Below, piece by piece: positions 60,880 to 64,000 of a stretch of 64,000 bases of DNA. The stretch lies in IMG/VR virus record IMGVR_UViG_3300028393_000021; one strand, written 5' to 3'. How positions within the stretch are numbered: the first letter of the stretch is position 1; each line of letters begins with the position of its first letter. Under the pieces are notes generated by a model. The model ran no database searches. It was not told where the DNA came from and was given only the letters and a program-made list of their open reading frames with translations. This stretch comes from a virus. A program made the translations under genes and the position numbers.

Positions 60880-60987
60880 GAACCTTTTACTACGTAGAAT
60901 CGACTTATTGATCTGATAATGCGTTTGCGGCCTCTATACGCATTATGAGATAATATTATCGGTCGGTTTCTCTGTAGTAAAAGGTTC
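60880..60987. repeat. 108-nt imperfect inverted repeat
   Basis: GAACCTTTTACTAC/GTAGTAAAAGGTTC outer arms, inner AGAATCGAC/GTCGGTTTCT and ATAATGCGT/ACGCATTAT. Confidence 0.85.
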
Positions 60988-60991
60988 GTGT

Positions 60992-61288
60992 TTAACTACA
61001 AGCGTATTGACGAGCGGGGATTAACTTATTATCCTCTATATACTTTAATACTGTATAAAAGTGTTCTCTGGGTAATGTATCCTGCCGCATAATATTATCA
61101 TGCAACTGTGCAGCATTTAGAGTATTATTAAACACTTGTAGTGCAGCAGCATTATGAGTAATATCATCTGCACACATTTTAAACATAATAAAGTCCGTTT
61201 CATTTTCATCATAAAACGCTACAGTATTAACAAGTGGGATCATTAACTTATTAATAGCTACTGCATGTTGTGTCATTTGCTTGCTCAT
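60992..61288 (-). CDS. Hypothetical early protein, paralog of 61710..62009
   Basis: Shares HAVAINKLM.PL.NTV...FKM.ADDI.HN.AAL.VFN.TL...QDT.PREHFYTVLKYIEDN; AAGGA SD. Confidence 0.8.
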   Translation of the reverse strand: MSKQMTQHAVAINKLMIPLVNTVAFYDENETDFIMFKMCADDITHNAAALQVFNNTLNAAQLHDNIMRQDTLPREHFYTVLKYIEDNKLIPARQYACS

Positions 61289-61306
61289 TTTGGTTCCTTT
61301 TTAAAA

Positions 61307-61567
61307 TTAAACAAACTCAATATTATTTGTACGCAATTGTTGTTTTACAATTTGTACAATACGTTCTTTATCTTTTTGCAATGTTTTATATACTATATCA
61401 CCGCTAACATAATCACATTTTTTTTGTGTAGGAAATACATGTACAGTATCTCCATTATCATTTTGTTTTGTATGTACATTAAAGGCAACTATAATCTTAT
61501 ATAGTTCCGTTTTTTTATTGTACATTAACTTGGCTTTAGCAAGTGTATTAACTGCTTGTGCAAACAT
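61307..61567 (-). CDS. Hypothetical early protein
   Basis: Start moved to MFAQAV at 61567 with AAAGGAG SD; own promoter TTGACG-17-TACAAT at 61621-61593. Confidence 0.75.
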   Translation of the reverse strand: MFAQAVNTLAKAKLMYNKKTELYKIIVAFNVHTKQNDNGDTVHVFPTQKKCDYVSGDIVYKTLQKDKERIVQIVKQQLRTNNIEFV

Positions 61568-61592
61568 GTCAGCTCCTTTGTAGTGTAAGTGT

Positions 61593-61621
61593 ATTGTAAC
61601 ACCGTTTTGGAGTGCCGTCAA
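61593..61621 (-). promoter_or_regulatory. Sigma70-type early promoter
   Basis: TTGACG-17 bp-TACAAT on the minus strand. Confidence 0.75.
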
Positions 61622-61657
61622 GTGTGGCTTTATATACACGGTCATAGTGTAGGGGGA

Positions 61658-61686
61658 TTGACAAAGTGGCAAAAGTGTTGTATAAT
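61658..61686 (+). promoter_or_regulatory. Sigma70-type early promoter
   Basis: TTGACA-17 bp-TATAAT. Confidence 0.9.
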
Positions 61687-61709
61687 ACATTTTTAACAGA
61701 AAGTAAACA

Positions 61710-62009
61710 ATGCGTAAAGTAACTCGAGCCCATGCTGTAGCAATTAACAAGTTAATGCTGCCTCTCATTAATACTGTTTGCGGCTATTTTGACCCCACAG
61801 ATAATGACATCGATTTGTTTAAAATGTACGCAGACGACATTGCACATAATGTTGCTGCATTATGTGTGTTCAATAGCACATTAGACGCTAGTGTATTACA
61901 CAATAATATTATGTTACAGGATACTAGCCCGCGTGAGCATTTTTATACAGTGTTAAAGTATATAGAAGATAATGCGTTAATTAATGCTAATGCATTTTGT
62001 TGCAGTTAA
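61710..62009 (+). CDS. Hypothetical early protein, paralog of 60992..61288
   Basis: See paralog; lies directly behind a consensus promoter. Confidence 0.8.
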   Translation: MRKVTRAHAVAINKLMLPLINTVCGYFDPTDNDIDLFKMYADDIAHNVAALCVFNSTLDASVLHNNIMLQDTSPREHFYTVLKYIEDNALINANAFCCS

Positions 62010-62097
62010 ACACAGCACAAAGGCCCTGCTTGTTGTAGGGTCTTTGCCTAGGTGCTGTTGTGCATTTACAACAAAAGACCCTACAAAAAATAAGTTA

Positions 62098-62126
62098 TTG
62101 ACAAGTGTGTAAAACTGCGTTATAAT
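62098..62126 (+). promoter_or_regulatory. Sigma70-type early promoter
   Basis: TTGACA-17 bp-TATAAT. Confidence 0.9.
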
Positions 62127-62169
62127 ACACACATACGTTGCACAGTGTAGCGTATAAAAAGGAACTAAA

Positions 62170-62634
62170 ATGCAAGCAATTAATACACAAACAGTTAAAC
62201 AGTTTATTAATAACGTAACAACAGAGGGCTTTTTGTTTATTATAGATGTTAATAAAACATTTACTACAGCAGGTGACGGTTACTGGAGCGACGTTGCAAA
62301 AGATGTATTTGTTACTAGTATTGGCATGTATATTAGCACAGAAAACGAAGCAGACGAGGGCGAGGAAGCTATGTACTGCGACGGTGATTTAGCAGTTAAT
62401 TATACAGAAGCTACATGGGATAATGCTGTAGACGGATTAATTTATACTGACAAAGCATTTTTAGCACAAGTAAAAGAGTTTTTAATTGCACAGGGCTTTA
62501 ATGCAGAAGCAGTTAATGACATTACATATAGCGAGCAGGGTATGCAAGATAATGAGCGTGTTAGTTGCGATGCATATGCGTTTGCAGATTATATGCGTAC
62601 TATTAGTAATGCTGCTATTATTATTATAGATTAA
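62170..62634 (+). CDS. Acidic hypothetical early protein
   Basis: 154 aa, AAGGA SD. Confidence 0.8.
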   Translation: MQAINTQTVKQFINNVTTEGFLFIIDVNKTFTTAGDGYWSDVAKDVFVTSIGMYISTENEADEGEEAMYCDGDLAVNYTEATWDNAVDGLIYTDKAFLAQVKEFLIAQGFNAEAVNDITYSEQGMQDNERVSCDAYAFADYMRTISNAAIIIID

Positions 62635-62698
62635 TAGCATAATAGCACAGCGTATTAACTACGCTGTGCTATAGCCCTACAGTGTGTAGGGTCTTTGG

Positions 62699-62727
62699 TT
62701 GACAATTTAGTAAAACCCTGTTATAAT
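62699..62727 (+). promoter_or_regulatory. Sigma70-type early promoter preceded by stem-loops
   Basis: TTGACA-17 bp-TATAAT; upstream TAGCACAGCGT/ACGCTGTGCTA and CCCTACA/TGTAGGG hairpins. Confidence 0.9.
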
Positions 62728-62751
62728 ACAGTTATACACTAGGAGCACACA

Positions 62752-63081
62752 ATGCAAACACACATTTCAGAGACCAGGGAAGCTGGCTTCTTTGCTTATG
62801 CCGCAATGAGGGATGCTCGTATGCGTAACGAAGCAATGAAAAGCACCTACAGTGATTCAGAACGTGTACGAGCAGAGCGTATGCGTGTGGGACTAGAGTG
62901 TGTTTACCGTAGTAAAGAAGTACACATAAACTACCGTAAAAAGTTCATTGCGGTAAAACTTAGTAATGCAATTGTCAGAGACAGGGCTTCTGTAGCAGAT
63001 TTAGAACGTTTTTATGCACTAGAGGGCATAAGCAAAGAAATTACGCCCCAAGCAATTATATACAGAATCCCCCGTCATTGA
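62752..63081 (+). CDS. Hypothetical early protein
   Basis: 109 aa, AGGAG SD. Confidence 0.8.
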   Translation: MQTHISETREAGFFAYAAMRDARMRNEAMKSTYSDSERVRAERMRVGLECVYRSKEVHINYRKKFIAVKLSNAIVRDRASVADLERFYALEGISKEITPQAIIYRIPRH

Positions 63082-63094
63082 TTAGGGTCTTTGG

Positions 63095-63123
63095 TTGACT
63101 GAGGGATAAAACCCAGTTATAAT
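63095..63123 (+). promoter_or_regulatory. Sigma70-type early promoter
   Basis: TTGACT-17 bp-TATAAT. Confidence 0.85.
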
Positions 63124-63129
63124 ACACAT

Positions 63130-63315
63130 ATGATAAAAACATACGAACGAACAGCGATCCTACTGTTGAAAGGCCAGCCCAAGGCCAAGACGCGGGGGCG
63201 GGTGATACATGGCAGATTTATCTTATTCTATGAGAGTCTGCACCGTACTCCGCAGAGTCGTGCGTGGCGCCGGTTCATAAAGATGCGGGAACGGGTTGAC
63301 ATTTTGGTAAAATGA
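63130..63315 (+). CDS. Small basic hypothetical protein, probably leaderless
   Basis: ATG 6 nt after TATAAT, no SD. Confidence 0.55.
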   Translation: MIKTYERTAILLLKGQPKAKTRGRVIHGRFILFYESLHRTPQSRAWRRFIKMRERVDILVK

Positions 63316-63324
63316 TTGTATAAT
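63296..63324 (+). promoter_or_regulatory. Sigma70-type early promoter
   Basis: TTGACA-17 bp-TATAAT. Confidence 0.9.
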
Positions 63325-63330
63325 ACACAC

Positions 63331-63534
63331 ATGAACAAAGAACTTGCAACCCTAGAAAAATTATTGGCCAGTCATGATTGGTATCACCAATACTGTGACG
63401 ACTATAGTGCATACAAGCGAGGAGAGGACGAATGGTACCGTATCAACGTAGAACAACGGCGTTTGATCAATGAAAACTTGGTTTCTTCAGAGGAAATCCA
63501 AGCATTAACTTCCAAATACAGGCCTATCAGGTAA
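63331..63534 (+). CDS. Hypothetical early protein, probably leaderless
   Basis: Start moved to MNKELATLEK at 63331, 6 nt after TATAAT; L.SHDWY.QY.DD. Confidence 0.75.
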   Translation: MNKELATLEKLLASHDWYHQYCDDYSAYKRGEDEWYRINVEQRRLINENLVSSEEIQALTSKYRPIR

Positions 63535-63542
63535 AAAAACGG

Positions 63543-63571
63543 TTGACAATAAATGGACATTGTGCTATAAT
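63543..63571 (+). promoter_or_regulatory. Sigma70-type early promoter
   Basis: TTGACA-17 bp-TATAAT with TGn extension. Confidence 0.9.
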
Positions 63572-63577
63572 ACATTT

Positions 63578-63802
63578 ATGAAATCAAAAATCTTTATTGT
63601 TCAACGTGACAACGACAAGTATTTTAAGCAGAAACTGCCTACATGGCGCAATGGTTTCTGTGAAATAGTCCGTAATGTCACTATTGAAAAGGACCCACAC
63701 GACATCTACCAAGATGGCGAGTGGGGCTACATCACAGTTTATGGCCGTAAGATTTATGTCACTAGATCTGGCACTGAATTTGCTTTTGAAATTCGTGGCT
63801 AA
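63578..63802 (+). CDS. Hypothetical early protein, probably leaderless
   Basis: Start moved to MKSKIF at 63578, 6 nt after TATAAT. Confidence 0.7.
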   Translation: MKSKIFIVQRDNDKYFKQKLPTWRNGFCEIVRNVTIEKDPHDIYQDGEWGYITVYGRKIYVTRSGTEFAFEIRG

Positions 63803-63806
63803 AAGG

Positions 63807-63835
63807 TTGACATTTTGGTAAAATGATTGTATAAT
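63807..63835 (+). promoter_or_regulatory. Sigma70-type early promoter
   Basis: TTGACA-17 bp-TATAAT, identical to the 63296 promoter. Confidence 0.9.
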
Positions 63836-63841
63836 ACACAT

Positions 63842-64000
63842 ATGAACAAAGAACTTGTACCCCGTAAGAAGCGAGTTGACCGCAATCATATAATATATGA
63901 GCTTGTAGTCAATGGGCTCAACTACATTGGTGTCACTGCCAAGACTGAGACCACTGTATTGAAGAGCGTTCGTGCTCGAGCTGCCAAGCACTTCTACCGT
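63842..64000 (+). CDS. GIY-YIG-like nuclease, partial, runs off the window
   Basis: Hand translation MNKELVPRKKRVDRNHIIYELVVNGLNYIGVTAK...VRAR...H shows IIY-x8-YIG; ATG 6 nt after TATAAT. Confidence 0.65.
   Translation, partial: MNKELVPRKKRVDRNHIIYELVVNGLNYIGVTAKTETTVLKSVRARAAKHFYR

Larger units (their letters stand above)
63294..63857 (+). repeat. 53-bp direct repeat (promoter plus first codons) at 63294-63346 and 63805-63857
   Basis: ggttgacattttggtaaaatgattgtataatacaca(c/t)atgaacaaagaacttg, one mismatch. Confidence 0.92.

Noticed and set aside
1-64000. Stop-codon reassignment
   Set aside because: Long genes are intact in the standard code and pack tightly with TAA, TGA and TAG all used as stops
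1-64000. Eukaryotic giant virus or cellular chromosome origin
   Set aside because: Sigma70 and T4-late promoter motifs, SD sites, bacterial IF-1/IscA/ErpA and a phage fibre operon indicate a bacteriophage; no integrase or host housekeeping synteny is present

Overview
This window is a fragment of a large, AT-rich dsDNA bacteriophage genome with T4-superfamily-like expression signals: TATAAATA late-promoter motifs before structural genes and a battery of consensus sigma70 promoters at the right end. The IscA, ErpA and IF-1 sequences look proteobacterial, probably betaproteobacterial; that host call is an inference. 1-38.7 kb is a mostly minus-strand block of very large fibre and virion-surface genes carrying Gly-rich, LamG-like, Ig-like, Mtd-N and (GYTGSx)n Gly-X-Y repeat modules, plus a subtilase, interrupted by a divergent carbamoyltransferase + GT9-like pair. 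38.7-47.1 kb holds small proteins sharing an MRAxEF N-terminus (a metallopeptidase and an ADP-ribosyltransferase-like protein among them), a secreted nuclease, an HNH nuclease, infA, DNA ligase, a divergent erpA/iscA pair and a SleB-type hydrolase. 47.2-58.9 kb holds glycosyltransferase-like and radical SAM genes and two more structural genes. 59.4-64 kb contains a non-coding boundary, a homing-type nuclease overlapping a tRNA(CAT), structured non-coding DNA and early genes behind repeated promoter cassettes, several apparently leaderless. Best leads: (i) eight tandem domains in a fibre protein that resemble phycobiliprotein chromophore-binding helices and keep the Cys-x-Arg-Asp motif; (ii) capsid-targeting-like leaders on enzyme cargo; (iii) a possible virion-glycosylation and radical-SAM system with its own Fe-S carriers; (iv) two candidate structured RNAs; (v) a shifty-stop or ATT-start HNH gene. 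All family calls come from motif recognition by eye; no database searches were run.
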